A stretch of 64,000 nt of DNA from Vulcanimicrobiota bacterium (GCA_963777315.1 CAVZQC010000001.1:256001-320000); one strand, 5' to 3'; positions 49,684 to 60,681 are shown, counted from the first letter of the stretch. The notes: generated by a model not told the origin, from the sequence alone. A program made the numbers and translations.

Positions 49684-50430
49684 TTTGCCCGCGCAGGTAT
49701 CGCACTGCTGGCGGCGGCATCTATCGCCGCCGCCGGCGCGCGCCCGCAAGCTGCACGCGCCATCGTTCTGCCCACTCCTCCGCCGCCGCCGCGCGTTGAA
49801 CCGACGGCAACGCCGACCGGAACGCCCAACTCGACGATTCTGCCTCTGGGCTCGAGTTTATTTTTCGTTCTCGACGACACGATCGGTTCGCGATCTAAAG
49901 CGGGAACGGTCGCGCGCGCGCACTTGCGCGATGCAATCGTGCTGGACGGCGCGACCGTCGCGGCAGCGGGAACGCCGGTGAACATCGTCGTAGCGCAAAC
50001 CTCCGGTGCGCAAATCGGCAACGTCGACGGCTCCTTGGAGATGTATTTCGAAGCGCTTCGGCTCGCGTCGGGAAAGTTGCTTGCCCTCACGACGCCGACC
50101 GCGCACGTCGACCCGCACATGAGCTCGGGACAGCAATCCACCCGCTCCGTCACCGACACGGTCGGCGACATCTTCATCCCCGGTCACTACATCTATCACA
50201 TTTTACGCAAGGGCGCGGACGTCGTGCTGCGCCCCGGTACCGTCATACGCGCGCGAACCGCGGCTACGGTTCGTCTGGCGAACGGTGCGGTCGCCATAAG
50301 CACGCCGGCGCCGTTTGCATCGACCCTGGACACGCCTCATCCGGACTTCGTGCCTGCTCCGCTGGCAACGCCCGCGGAATCCCACGGTTCTGCACCGAAA
50401 CCGACCCCGCAACCGACTAAAACGCCGTAA
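49684..50430 (+). CDS. Secreted beta-rich hypothetical protein; start uncertain
   Basis: Signal-like N-terminus, Pro-rich linkers, 'GADVVLRPGT' similar to the 12822 gene. Confidence 0.6.
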   Translation, partial: FARAGIALLAAASIAAAGARPQAARAIVLPTPPPPPRVEPTATPTGTPNSTILPLGSSLFFVLDDTIGSRSKAGTVARAHLRDAIVLDGATVAAAGTPVNIVVAQTSGAQIGNVDGSLEMYFEALRLASGKLLALTTPTAHVDPHMSSGQQSTRSVTDTVGDIFIPGHYIYHILRKGADVVLRPGTVIRARTAATVRLANGAVAISTPAPFASTLDTPHPDFVPAPLATPAESHGSAPKPTPQPTKTP

Positions 50431-50445
50431 CGACGGAGGAATTTC

Positions 50446-51148
50446 ATGAAACGAGCGTTTGCTGGCGCTCACGCTGTTGGCGTTTAGCGTACCGGCCTTC
50501 GGCAACGGCGGCGCGTTCGCCGCCGCCATGACTCAAGCCAAGCTGCCGGACAAACCAATGGCGGGCGAGACGGCCTTCGTTCAGAAGGTCACCGCGGATC
50601 TGAATGCGCGCTTTGCCACACCGGCGGACGCGGAAAAAGCCGGCTACTTCCGGTACAACAATGAGGATGATACCGGCGCCATCAGCTATGCCAATCTGGC
50701 GTGGAACAGCGCGGCCGATCCGGATGCGCCCGCGCCGAGCCAGCTGTGGTACGACGTGAACGGCCGGCTGCTGGGGGCAGACTTTTCGGTTCCGCTCAAG
50801 GACAGCGCAACGGTGCCGCACCTGTGGGGTTTGGATCCGCGCCGGTGGGACAAATTCGGCCGGGACCACGTGCACTACATCGTAAAAAGCGCCGACGGAA
50901 CAATGAGCTACGGCCACGCGGTGAGCGGCAAAGCATTTGCGGCCGCGGGCGGCAATTTTGCCGATCCGCAAGCGGCGACGCTGGTAAAACTCGGCAAGGT
51001 CAAAAGCGTGGACGAGGTGAGCAAAATCTTCACGTTTCCCGCGCAGTGGGACGTGGAAGTGTGGCTGACCCCTAATCCGTTGGGCGCGTTCGCCGAAAAG
51101 AACCCGTTGGTGCACCCCAGCAAAAACGCGGCCAAGCCGGAGGAGTAG
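50446..51148 (+). CDS. Secreted hypothetical protein; +1 T at ~50458
   Basis: GGAGGA RBS plus ATG at 50446; corrected signal peptide 'MKRALLALTLLAFSVPAFG'; C-terminal 'NPLGAFAEKNPLV'. Confidence 0.7.
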
Positions 51149-51154
51149 GGTCCT

Positions 51155-51798
51155 TTACTTCTGCGTCGAGCAGCGGGTCGAAACGAGCTCGATCGCCGCG
51201 TCCGCTGCGGCATTTTCAGCCCGATCGATAACGTCGCGCTGACCGTCGAACCGTAAGTAGCTCTTGACGTCTCGCATGTCTTTGGGGACGGTCTGGTCGG
51301 ACAGTTCCATTTGGGTTACGTCGAGATCCGCCGGCGGCTGATAGCTCATCATCGTCTGCACGACGCCGCCGACGTCGATTGAGAGTTGCATCTGCTTGTT
51401 GTACGCCAGTGCAGCTTTTCGGCGATCTGGTGCAGCTGCTGCGCCTCTTGCGCATCCTGCGTGAGTTTTTCGCCCTGCCTTAGGCGATCGATCTGATCTT
51501 GCATCCCGGGCAAGCTCGAGCGAATTCGCCCCAGGTATTTCATCAGCTGGACGCGCACGCCGGCATATCGGATCTGGTAATCCGCGTGATGAAAGACGTC
51601 GTTGAGGTCGGTGAGTTGCGAATCGATGCCTTCAAAGTCCCGATCGTTGGCCAGCATCGGCAGCACCGCGGCGTTGAAGTGCTGCGCGATGGAGCTGCAG
51701 AAGGGCGTGGAACGCACCGTTACGATCGTCTTGAGTCTGGGCGGGTTCGCGGCCGCCATGAGCAGCAGCGCAAAAAACGCGCCGTAGGCGCGCTGCAT
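51155..51798 (-). CDS. Secreted helical hypothetical protein; frameshift at ~51410
   Basis: Two consecutive ORFs joined by a single-base correction; signal peptide; start overlaps the rpoD stop. Confidence 0.6.
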
Positions 51799-52997
51799 TA
51801 CTCGTTGCTCCAGTAGTCTTTGAGCGCTTTGCCTCGAGAGGGATGGCGCAGTTTGCGCAGTGCCTTGGCTTCGATCTGACGGATTCGCTCGCGCGTGACG
51901 CCGAACTCCTGGCCGACTTCTTCGAGCGTGCGCTGATGGCCGTCCTCGAGCCCGAAGCGCAGCACGAGCACTTTGCGCTCGCGCTCGGTCAGATTTTGCA
52001 GCACGTCCTGCATCTTCTCTTTGAGCAGCATCACCGACGCGGCTTCAGCGGGCGCGACGGCTTCCTGGTCTTCGATAAAGTCGCCTAGATGGGAATCCTC
52101 TTCTTCGCCGATGGGCGTCTCGAGCGAGATCGGCTCTTGGCTGATCTTGATGACTTCGCGAACCTTTTCCGGCGTCAGGCCCATCTCGGCGGCGATCTCT
52201 TCGACGGACGGATCGCGCCCGAGCTCTTGCAGCAGCTGCCGCGAGATTTTGATCAAGCGATTGATCGTTTCGACCATGTGCACGGGGATGCGAATCGTAC
52301 GCGCTTGATCGGCTAATGCTCGGGTAATTGCCTGCCGTATCCACCATGTGGCATACGTCGAGAATTTGTATCCCTTGCGATAGTCGAACTTCTCGACCGC
52401 GCGAATCAAACCCAGATTGCCTTCCTGGATCAGATCCAGAAACAGCATGCCGCGGCCGACGTATTTCTTGGCTATCGAGACCACGAGCCGCAGATTCGCT
52501 TCCGTCAGTTGCCGTTTGGCTTCTTCCCCTTGAACGACCACGATCTGATCGGCCGAGCCGTTTGCGCTGAGTTCTTGCTCGCCCGCCTCGATTTTCATGG
52601 CCAAATTTTTCTCGTCGTCCATGGAAAGCAGCGGTACGCGGCCGATCTCTTTGAGATACATCCGAACCGGATCGTCCAACGCCAGCCCCGCGGAGATCTG
52701 CTCGGGCTCGGCCTCGGCATCGGGTTTGTCTTCTTCGGCTTCTTCGACCACCTCGACCGACGCCGCATTGAGCTCGGTCATCAAATCATCGAAGACCTCG
52801 GCCTCATTGAGATCCTCGCGCGTTTCGGCCAGTCGGCCGACTTCGAGGTTGATCTCTTCCAGCGTAATCGACCCGCGCTTTTTGGCGCGTTCTAAAATCT
52901 TCTTCTTGAGCTCTTCGACCGTAGTCGGCGGCGCTTCCGCAGTTGCAGTGGCCCCGTTGCTCGATGCAGCCTTTTTGCGTGCCATTTTTTCGTTCAC
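51798..52997 (-). CDS. rpoD: Primary sigma factor SigA/RpoD
   Basis: '[12 protein letters not shown]', '[12 protein letters not shown]', '[16 protein letters not shown]', '[16 protein letters not shown]'. Confidence 0.97.
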   Translation of the reverse strand: MNEKMARKKAASSNGATATAEAPPTTVEELKKKILERAKKRGSITLEEINLEVGRLAETREDLNEAEVFDDLMTELNAASVEVVEEAEEDKPDAEAEPEQISAGLALDDPVRMYLKEIGRVPLLSMDDEKNLAMKIEAGEQELSANGSADQIVVVQGEEAKRQLTEANLRLVVSIAKKYVGRGMLFLDLIQEGNLGLIRAVEKFDYRKGYKFSTYATWWIRQAITRALADQARTIRIPVHMVETINRLIKISRQLLQELGRDPSVEEIAAEMGLTPEKVREVIKISQEPISLETPIGEEEDSHLGDFIEDQEAVAPAEAASVMLLKEKMQDVLQNLTERERKVLVLRFGLEDGHQRTLEEVGQEFGVTRERIRQIEAKALRKLRHPSRGKALKDYWSNE

Positions 52998-53007
52998 CCC
53001 CTTTCGG

Positions 53008-54798
53008 TCATCTCTTCAACTTGGCAACCAGCGCATCGTATTCGCCGCGCAAATCGCTGCCCACGTTTTTACCCGCCGTCACCAATTCATCAATGCGCCG
53101 GGACAACTCCTGATAACGCCCGCGCTCGTCGTCGAGTTGCAGCCGCTCGACCACTCGCTCCAAATGGGCCCGGCGCTGGTCGGAGTCCTCGTAGCGAACC
53201 GTCGAACTGCGGTCGCGGTTTGCCAGCGATGCCAGAACCCCCATACTTTGGTTATCGTCCGCAAACAACCCGAACACGTCGGGCGTCTTGGCGATGGCTT
53301 GGGCGTTTTCGACCAACCTCGCGTAGATGCCGGCGTAGGTCCCGCTGCGAAAGCGCTCGACCGGTATCCGTTCTGCGAATTCGCGCACGAGGACCGGCTC
53401 TTCGACCATGATCGCCAGGGCTTCCCATTCGAACGAGGAGGGCTGTACATTGGCCGCGGCATAACGGGTTGCGGGTGCGGCTGCGCCCGAACGCGGCGCA
53501 AAATTTGCCGTATTCGCAAGGAAGCGGCTATTCCGGAGCTCGTTCACGTTGACCTTTAGCCGTTTGGCGATCCACACGCGCCAGCGATCCCATTCCATCG
53601 CCGGGGTCATGCGTCGTATGAGTGCTTCGGCCTGTACGGCAATCTCGGCAGGCGAATCAAAGCCGCGCTCCAAGCGCTCGGCCTCGCGCTCGAGCCGGTA
53701 TTCGATTGCGGGCGCGGCGGCGCCGAGCAACTGCGCGAACGCAGCCGGCCCGTGTTCGCGCACGAAACTATCCGGATCGGTCCCCGGCGGCAGGTGCACT
53801 ATCCGAACGCCCGAGCCCGCGTGTTCGATCACGCGCACGGCGATTTCGATTGCTTTGGCCGCGGCAGCGTTGCCGGCAGCATCGGAGTCGAAGCATAAAA
53901 AGATGCCGTCCGCGTACTTACGCAGTTCTTTCGCCTGTTCTTCGGTAAAGGACGTTCCCAGGGAAGCCACCGCGTTTTCGAATCCGGCTTGGTGAAGCGC
54001 GATGCAATCCAAATACCCTTCGACGACGATCAGGGTTCCGTCGCGCGACGCTGCACGGCGCGCGAGATTGAGCGCAAACAGTTGCCGGCCTTTTACGTAT
54101 ACAGGCGTCGTCGACGTGTTCAAGTATTTGGGTTCCGCGTCGCCCAGCGCCCGGCCGCCGAAGGCGATCACTTCTCCGGTGGTCGCATAGGTGGGTACCA
54201 TGAGACGGTCGCGATAAAAATCGTAAAACCCGCGCTCGCCGCGTTTGAGCAGCCCGGCTTTGGCCGCGGTTTCGGCGTCGACGCCGTTGCGCCGCAGATC
54301 GTCGGTCAGCGCGTTCCAGTCGTCGGGTGCGTAGCCGACGTGGAACTTGCGCAGCGTTGCGGCAGCAAGTCCGCGGCGCTCGCAATAGGCCCGCGCTGCG
54401 CAGCCCGGCTCATCGTGCAGCATGCGTTCAAAAAATCCGGCTGCGACGCGATTGGCTTCGTAAATCGCTTCGCGCTCGTTTCGCGCGCGCGCAGCTTGCG
54501 GGTTTTCGGCTTCCAGTTCCACTCCCGCGCGGCTAGCCAGGACGCGCACTGCGTCGGGAAACGCTAAATTGTCCAGTTTGGAGATGAACGCAATGACGTC
54601 GCCGCCTGCTCCGCAGCCGAAACATTTGAAAAACCCTTTGTCGGGATGCACGTGAAACGAGGCCGTTTTCTCGCTATGGAACGGACAAAGACCCACCAAG
54701 TCGTTTCCGCGCTTGGTGAGCGGCACGTACGAACCGATGAAGCTCGCGATGTCGATGCGAGCGTGAATTTCGCGAAGAGTCGCTTGGTCAAACTTCAT
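53008..54798 (-). CDS. dnaG: DNA primase
   Basis: 'CPFHSEKT', 'CFGC', 'AFGGR', 'KYLN', 'EGYLD', 'FDSDAAG'. Confidence 0.97.
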   Translation of the reverse strand: MKFDQATLREIHARIDIASFIGSYVPLTKRGNDLVGLCPFHSEKTASFHVHPDKGFFKCFGCGAGGDVIAFISKLDNLAFPDAVRVLASRAGVELEAENPQAARARNEREAIYEANRVAAGFFERMLHDEPGCAARAYCERRGLAAATLRKFHVGYAPDDWNALTDDLRRNGVDAETAAKAGLLKRGERGFYDFYRDRLMVPTYATTGEVIAFGGRALGDAEPKYLNTSTTPVYVKGRQLFALNLARRAASRDGTLIVVEGYLDCIALHQAGFENAVASLGTSFTEEQAKELRKYADGIFLCFDSDAAGNAAAAKAIEIAVRVIEHAGSGVRIVHLPPGTDPDSFVREHGPAAFAQLLGAAAPAIEYRLEREAERLERGFDSPAEIAVQAEALIRRMTPAMEWDRWRVWIAKRLKVNVNELRNSRFLANTANFAPRSGAAAPATRYAAANVQPSSFEWEALAIMVEEPVLVREFAERIPVERFRSGTYAGIYARLVENAQAIAKTPDVFGLFADDNQSMGVLASLANRDRSSTVRYEDSDQRRAHLERVVERLQLDDERGRYQELSRRIDELVTAGKNVGSDLRGEYDALVAKLKR

Positions 54799-54875
54799 TG
54801 CGCTGGGGCTTCCTTCGCCGCCGGCCGCGCCGTTCCCAACGGAATCGCGGCGAGGACGCCCGAAGAACGCGCCCG

Positions 54876-56135
54876 ATGAAACGGATTTACGATCCGGTCC
54901 ACCGCTTCATCGAGCTGTCGCCTGCCGAAGCCGAGCTGTTGGACTGCGCCGTCCTTCAGCGTCTGCGCCGCTTGCGCCAGTTAGGCCTGGCTTACCTGGC
55001 ATTTCCATCGGCCGAACATTCGCGTTTCACGCACGCGTTGGGCGCGCTGGCAATGGGGACGCGGGCCTTCGACGCGCTCGTCCGTCACGGTCGCGAGTTT
55101 TTCGAAGGCGACGCGGACGCCGCCTATCAGCGCAGGCTCGTGCGCGCTGCCCTAATCTTGCACGACGTCGGGCACGGACCGTTCAGTCATGCCTGCGAGG
55201 CCGTGCTGGGTAGACCGCATGAAGATCGAACGCGCGAAATTCTGGGCTTGGCGGAAATGCAGACTGCGCTGGGCGCGCTGCAAGTCGATCCGGAGCACGC
55301 ACTCGATCTGATTCTGCATTCGCCCCACGCACGATATCCCGTCTTGTCCGAGATCGTCAGCGGACCGAATTTGGATGCGGACCGGATGGATTATTTGCTG
55401 CGGGATGCCTACTTCACCGGCGTGTCGGGCGGCCGCTACGATGCCGACCAGCTCGTGGACTCGCTGCGAATCCTGCAAGTGAACGGGCGCGCCGTCATGG
55501 GCATCGACCGGCGGGGCGTCGTAGCGCTGGAGTCGTTCGTGCTGGCGCGATACATGATGTTCGCCTCGGTGTATTTTCACCACACGACCCGGATGTTCGA
55601 ACGCATACTGCAGGCTGCGCTGCGCGAACTCTGGCCTCAGCCGCGCGCGCTGGATCCGATTGACGAATTCTTGCGCTGGGACGATTTTCGGGTTCTGAAC
55701 GAACTGCGGGAGGCGCCGTCCGAGGCGGCGCGAGCACTGCGCGAACGCATACGGCTCTACGCCGTCGCAGCCGAGTTCAACGCCGAGCGGGATTTGAGCG
55801 TATACGAGCGCTGCGATGCTGCGTTGCGGGAACGTTACGGCGATGAGGCCGTTTGGAGCGACGAGCAATCGCAATTGATCCACCGTCTGCCGCTGCAGGC
55901 GGGCGGCGGCAACTCGACGGTGTGGGTGGGCGCGGCGTCCGGCGAGATCGTCGACGCACGGCAAGCTTCGGACCTGATTGCGAAACTTTCAGGCAAGGCC
56001 TACTGGCGCAAACTCTTCGTGCGGCCCGACCGCGTCGACGTCGCGCAAGCCCGGCGGCTGTGTCGTGAAATCGGGAGCGCCCGGTTTTCCGAGCAGCTCC
56101 CGATTGCGGGTAGAGAGGTTAGCGGCGATGCGTAG
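54876..56135 (+). CDS. HD-domain phosphohydrolase (SAMHD1/COG1078-like dNTPase)
   Basis: 'DPVHRFI', 'QRLRRLRQLG', 'HSRFTH', 'LHDVGHGPFSH', 'DADRMDYLLRD', 'VYFHHT'. Confidence 0.88.
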   Translation: MKRIYDPVHRFIELSPAEAELLDCAVLQRLRRLRQLGLAYLAFPSAEHSRFTHALGALAMGTRAFDALVRHGREFFEGDADAAYQRRLVRAALILHDVGHGPFSHACEAVLGRPHEDRTREILGLAEMQTALGALQVDPEHALDLILHSPHARYPVLSEIVSGPNLDADRMDYLLRDAYFTGVSGGRYDADQLVDSLRILQVNGRAVMGIDRRGVVALESFVLARYMMFASVYFHHTTRMFERILQAALRELWPQPRALDPIDEFLRWDDFRVLNELREAPSEAARALRERIRLYAVAAEFNAERDLSVYERCDAALRERYGDEAVWSDEQSQLIHRLPLQAGGGNSTVWVGAASGEIVDARQASDLIAKLSGKAYWRKLFVRPDRVDVAQARRLCREIGSARFSEQLPIAGREVSGDA

Positions 56136-56415
56136 CGTCGTAGTCGATTGCAGCCTGCAGTTGGCCGCGGGCTTGCTGCATGTCGGCAATTGCGGCCACG
56201 CGATGTCCCCCGTAATCGCGCTGGTCGCGCTGCAGCTGGTCGATGATCGCTTCCAAGCGGGTCTTGGCGCGCATGATGTTGCGCGCGCTGCCGTACTCGC
56301 CGCGTAATGCGGGAGCGGATTGCGCGTGTGCCGTCGACGTAAAGACGGCTCCGGCTCCGAACATCGAAGCGGAGAGGATCAATGAGGCCAGGGCGGCTTT
56401 CCAGTTCTTGACCAT
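56119..56415 (-). CDS. Small secreted helical protein
   Basis: AAGGAG RBS; signal peptide ending 'AHA'; 'DYGGHRVAAI'. Confidence 0.7.
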   Translation of the reverse strand: MVKNWKAALASLILSASMFGAGAVFTSTAHAQSAPALRGEYGSARNIMRAKTRLEAIIDQLQRDQRDYGGHRVAAIADMQQARGQLQAAIDYDATHRR

Positions 56416-56538
56416 GATGAAGCTCCTTGTAAGACAGGTCGAGAGTATCTGTCTACAGGAAACGCCGCCGGCGCAAAACGCCGTTCCTTGGAAACCGCGC
56501 TTTTAATTCCGCATTAACGGAGCGGATGCGGCGCGTCG

Positions 56539-59232
56539 CTACGTTAGCGTACCCTGCGCGGCCTGAGCCGCCGCCAAACGCGCGATCGGGACGCGGTACG
56601 GAGAACATGAGACGTAGTCCAAACCCAGACCGTGGCAGAACGCCACGCTCGACGGCTCGCCGCCGTGTTCGCCGCAAATACCGATTTTCAAGGTCGGGTT
56701 TGCGGTGCGTCCCAGCCTTATTGCATCCTGCATCAGCGTGCCCACACCGCGACGGTCCAGCACTTGGAACGGATCGTCCTTGAGGATTTTCTGCTCGAGA
56801 TACCGCGGAATGAACGTAGCCTCCGCGTCGTCCCGGCTGTAGCCGAACGTCGTCTGGGTGAGGTCGTTCGTGCCGAACGAAAAGAACTGCGCGCCGGCCT
56901 GCGCGATTTCGTCGGCGACCACGCACGCACGCGGCAGCTCGATCATCGTACCGATGCGGTAGGCGACGGGAACGCCGGTTTGGGCGATGACGCCGTCGGC
57001 AACTTCGCGCGCGGCTTGCGCGGTAAATCGCATTTCTTCTTTTGTGCCGACGCCCGGAATCATGACGTCGGGTCTGACGTCGACTCCGCGGCGCTTGAGT
57101 TCACACGCCGCCTGAAAGATCGCTCGCACCTGCATAGCGTAAATTTCCGGGTACACGATTCCCAGCCGGCATACGCGTAGTCCGAGCATGGGGTTTTGTT
57201 CGTGCATCTGGGCAACGCGTTTGAGCACCCGCGCTCGCGCTTGGTATTGCGCCGATTGCTCGCCATGCGCAATCCGCAGTTCGGTCGTTTCGACCAGCAG
57301 CGATTCCAATGAAGGCAAGAATTCGTGCAGCGGAGGGTCCAACAAGCGAATCGTTACCGGACATCCCTGCATCGCTTCCAAAATTCCGGCAAAATCCTCG
57401 CGCTGGAACGGCAAGAGTTTGGCCAGCGCCTGCGCGCGCGCTTGCGGAGTATCGGACAGGATCATGTCCTGTACCACCGGCAGGCGATCCTGCTGCATGA
57501 ACATGTGCTCGGTGCGGCACAGTCCGATGCCCTGCGCGCCGAGTTCGCGGGCTTTGCGCGCATCCTGCGGCGTGTCAGCGTTCGCCCAGACCTGCAAGCT
57601 GCGTGCCTCATCGGCCCAACTCAAAAACGTTTCGAGCCACGCCGGCAGCTTCGACGGAGGATCGATGAGCGGCAGTTGTCCGAAAATGACGTCGCCCGTC
57701 GTTCCGTCGATCGTTATCCAGTCGCCCTCGGACAGCGGCGTCTGCCCGATATGCGCCAGACGGCTGGCTCTGTCGATTTGCAGCGCCTCGCAGCCCGCGA
57801 CGCACGGTTTTCCCATGCCGCGTGCGACCACCGCTGCATGCGACGTTGCTCCGCCCTTTGCGGTCAGAATGCCGCGCGCAGCGATCATTCCGTGAACGTC
57901 GTCGGGCGTGGTTTCCGTGCGCACGAGCACGACCGCTTTGCCGGCGTTGCCCAGCGTCCGGGCGGTATCTGCGTCGAAAACGACTTGTCCGCTTGCGGCG
58001 CCGGGCGAGGCGTTGAGACCTTTGCAGGCGGGTTGGTAGTGCTCGGCGGGATCGATGCGCGCGTGGAAAAGTTGATCCAGCGAAGATGCGTTCACCCGCG
58101 CGAGCGCTTCGCTCTTGGAGATCAACCCTTCGTTCACCATGCCGAGCGCGATCTTGACGGCCGCCTGCGCGCTGCGTTTGGCCGTGCGGGTCTGAAGCAT
58201 GAACAGTTTGCCGCGCTCGACCGTGAATTCCAGGTCCTGCATGTCGCGGTAATGCTGTTCGAGGGTGCGCGCAATCTCGACGAATTGCCGGTATACCAGC
58301 GGCTGCGAGCGCTCCAGGTCCGAGATCTTCTCAGGGGTACGAATCCCCGCAACGACGTCTTCCCCCTGCGCGTTGCGAAGATACTCACCGAACAGCGCGT
58401 TCTCTCCGGTGTTCGGGTTGCGCGTAAAGGCCACGCCGGTACCCGAGTCGTCGCCCATGTTGCCGAAGACCATTGAAACGACGCTGACCGCCGTTCCCCA
58501 ATCGTCGGAAATCTTGTTGTAGCGGCGATACTCGATGGCTCGCTTGGAATTCCACGAGTCGAACACCGCGCGGATGGCAAGGTCGAGCTGCTCTTTGGCA
58601 TCTTGGGGAAAGCTGCGCCCGGTGTGCTCGCGCACGATCTCTTTGAACCCGGCGATCAAATCGCGCCAAGCCGCTGCGTTTATTTCGGGATCGCCGCTTA
58701 CGCCCAGGCGCTTCTTTTCGAGCTCGATTCGCTCTTCAAAGCGGTCCTTTTCCACGCCGAGCACGACGCCGGAGAACATGCATATGAACCGCCGGTATGC
58801 ATCCCATGCGAACCGCTCGTTGCCCGTGAGTTCGGCCAAACCCAAAACGGTGTCGTCGTTCAGGCCCAAGTTCAGTATGGTGTCCATCATGCCGGGCATG
58901 GAAACTCGCGCTCCGCTTCGCACGGACACCAAAAGCGGATTGGCCGGATCGCCGAACCGCTTTGCGGTGCGCCGCTCGAGCTGCGCCATGGCGGCGCCGA
59001 CTGCATCGCTGAATCCGGGCGGGTTGCGGCGCCCGAGGCGATAGTATTCCAGGCAGGTTTGCGTCGTAATCGTAAAACCGGGCGGCACCGGAAGGCCCGC
59101 GCGCGTCATCTCGGCCAGACCGGCGCCTTTTCCGCCGAGCAGATCCTTCATCTGGGCGCTGCCCTCTTCGAAAAACCAAATAGGCTTCTCGAGCGAAGCC
59201 TTCGGTTTCGGCGACGCGAGCATCTCGGACAT
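56539..59232 (-). CDS. ppdK: Pyruvate, phosphate dikinase
   Basis: 'LLGGKGA', 'VSVRSGA', 'GGATSHAAVVAR', 'GIGLCRTEHMF', 'SFGTNDL'. Confidence 0.97.
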   Translation of the reverse strand: MSEMLASPKPKASLEKPIWFFEEGSAQMKDLLGGKGAGLAEMTRAGLPVPPGFTITTQTCLEYYRLGRRNPPGFSDAVGAAMAQLERRTAKRFGDPANPLLVSVRSGARVSMPGMMDTILNLGLNDDTVLGLAELTGNERFAWDAYRRFICMFSGVVLGVEKDRFEERIELEKKRLGVSGDPEINAAAWRDLIAGFKEIVREHTGRSFPQDAKEQLDLAIRAVFDSWNSKRAIEYRRYNKISDDWGTAVSVVSMVFGNMGDDSGTGVAFTRNPNTGENALFGEYLRNAQGEDVVAGIRTPEKISDLERSQPLVYRQFVEIARTLEQHYRDMQDLEFTVERGKLFMLQTRTAKRSAQAAVKIALGMVNEGLISKSEALARVNASSLDQLFHARIDPAEHYQPACKGLNASPGAASGQVVFDADTARTLGNAGKAVVLVRTETTPDDVHGMIAARGILTAKGGATSHAAVVARGMGKPCVAGCEALQIDRASRLAHIGQTPLSEGDWITIDGTTGDVIFGQLPLIDPPSKLPAWLETFLSWADEARSLQVWANADTPQDARKARELGAQGIGLCRTEHMFMQQDRLPVVQDMILSDTPQARAQALAKLLPFQREDFAGILEAMQGCPVTIRLLDPPLHEFLPSLESLLVETTELRIAHGEQSAQYQARARVLKRVAQMHEQNPMLGLRVCRLGIVYPEIYAMQVRAIFQAACELKRRGVDVRPDVMIPGVGTKEEMRFTAQAAREVADGVIAQTGVPVAYRIGTMIELPRACVVADEIAQAGAQFFSFGTNDLTQTTFGYSRDDAEATFIPRYLEQKILKDDPFQVLDRRGVGTLMQDAIRLGRTANPTLKIGICGEHGGEPSSVAFCHGLGLDYVSCSPYRVPIARLAAAQAAQGTLT

Positions 59233-59325
59233 CGTGACTCCCCGTGCGATTGAGCGGCGTTTTCTCGCTTGTACCCAGCCTTCGAGCCAACCGAGCGTCC
59301 GCCCCTATGGGATGTATCCCGCCCT

Positions 59326-60681
59326 TCAGGCCGCTCCGTCGACCCGGTCGCGCAGGTACGCCGCAAGCGCCGCCACGGCGATGCGCTCCTGGCGCATCGA
59401 GTCGCGCTCGCGCACCGTCACCGCGCGGTCGGTGAGGGTCTCATAGTCGACCGTCAGGCAAAACGGGGTGCCGATCTCGTCCTGGCGCCGATAGAGCTGG
59501 CCGATGTTGCCTTCATCGTATTGCGTGCGAAAGTGCGCGCGCAACGTACGTTCGATCGTACTGGCCTGCTCGACGAGTTCGGGCTTGTTGCGGGCCAAAG
59601 AGAACACCGCAACCTGTATGGGTGCGATTTTGGGATGAAAATGCAAAACGACGCGTTCGGTTTGCTTTCCATTGGGATCGAGGCTGCTCTGCTTCTCGTA
59701 TGCGTCTATGAGAAAGGTGAGAGTGGTGCGATCCATGCCGGCCGAGCTTTCGATGAGCAGCGGCGTGTATTTTCTTTTACCGCCCTCGTCGAAGAATTGC
59801 AAATCCTTGCCGGACAGCCGCATGTGCGCGTCGAGATCGTACGTGCCGCGGTGCGCGATCGATTCCAGCTCGCCCCAGCCCCAGGGAAACAGATACTCGA
59901 CGTCGATGCCCGCTTTGGCGTAGTGCGGACGCTCTTGCGGGGTCAATTCGTAAAAGCGCAGCTTCTCCGAATGGATGCCGTACGCAGAATACCACTCTTT
60001 GCGCCGTTCGACCCATTCCTTGAACCATTCGATGTCGTTTCCGTCATCGGGCACGAAAAACTCGAGCTCGGCCTGCTCGAATTCCCGAACGCGAAAGATA
60101 AAGTTTCCCGGCGTAATTTCGTTGCGGAAGGATTTGCCGATTTGCGCAACGCCGAACGGCGGCTTCTTGCGAGCGGTCTGATAGATGTTTTTGAAGTTCA
60201 CGAAAATGCCCTGGGCCGTTTCAGGACGCAGGTACGCGCTCGAGGCCGTATCTTCCATCGGGCCGACGAACGTGCGCATCATCAAATTGAAGTTGCGAGG
60301 CTCGGTCAGGCTGTTTTTGCTGCCGCAATCCGGGCACTGCTCGGACAAAGGCAGGTGATCGGCGCGAAAGCGATGTTTGCAGACCTTGCAGTCGACCATG
60401 CGATCGTGAAATTCGTTCAGGTGGCCCGAAGCCTGCCACGTGAGCGGGTGCATGACGATCGACGAATCGAAGCCCACTACGTCGTCGCGCGTCTCCACCG
60501 TGTCCCGCCACCATGCTTGCTTGACGTTGCGTTTGAGGATCGCACCGAGCGGGCCGTAGTCGTAGAAGCCGCCGATGCCGCCGTAGATCTCACTGGACTG
60601 AAAGATAAAGCCGCGGCGCTTTGCCAGGGCCGTGATTTCGTCGAGCGTTACGTTGGGTTCGGCGCCCTGACCGGTTTCCAT
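59326..60681 (-). CDS. glyQS: Glycine--tRNA ligase (alpha2 type)
   Basis: 'YDYGPLG', 'LRPETAQGIF', 'SFRNEITP', 'YRRQDEIGTP'. Confidence 0.95.
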   Translation of the reverse strand: METGQGAEPNVTLDEITALAKRRGFIFQSSEIYGGIGGFYDYGPLGAILKRNVKQAWWRDTVETRDDVVGFDSSIVMHPLTWQASGHLNEFHDRMVDCKVCKHRFRADHLPLSEQCPDCGSKNSLTEPRNFNLMMRTFVGPMEDTASSAYLRPETAQGIFVNFKNIYQTARKKPPFGVAQIGKSFRNEITPGNFIFRVREFEQAELEFFVPDDGNDIEWFKEWVERRKEWYSAYGIHSEKLRFYELTPQERPHYAKAGIDVEYLFPWGWGELESIAHRGTYDLDAHMRLSGKDLQFFDEGGKRKYTPLLIESSAGMDRTTLTFLIDAYEKQSSLDPNGKQTERVVLHFHPKIAPIQVAVFSLARNKPELVEQASTIERTLRAHFRTQYDEGNIGQLYRRQDEIGTPFCLTVDYETLTDRAVTVRERDSMRQERIAVAALAAYLRDRVDGAA

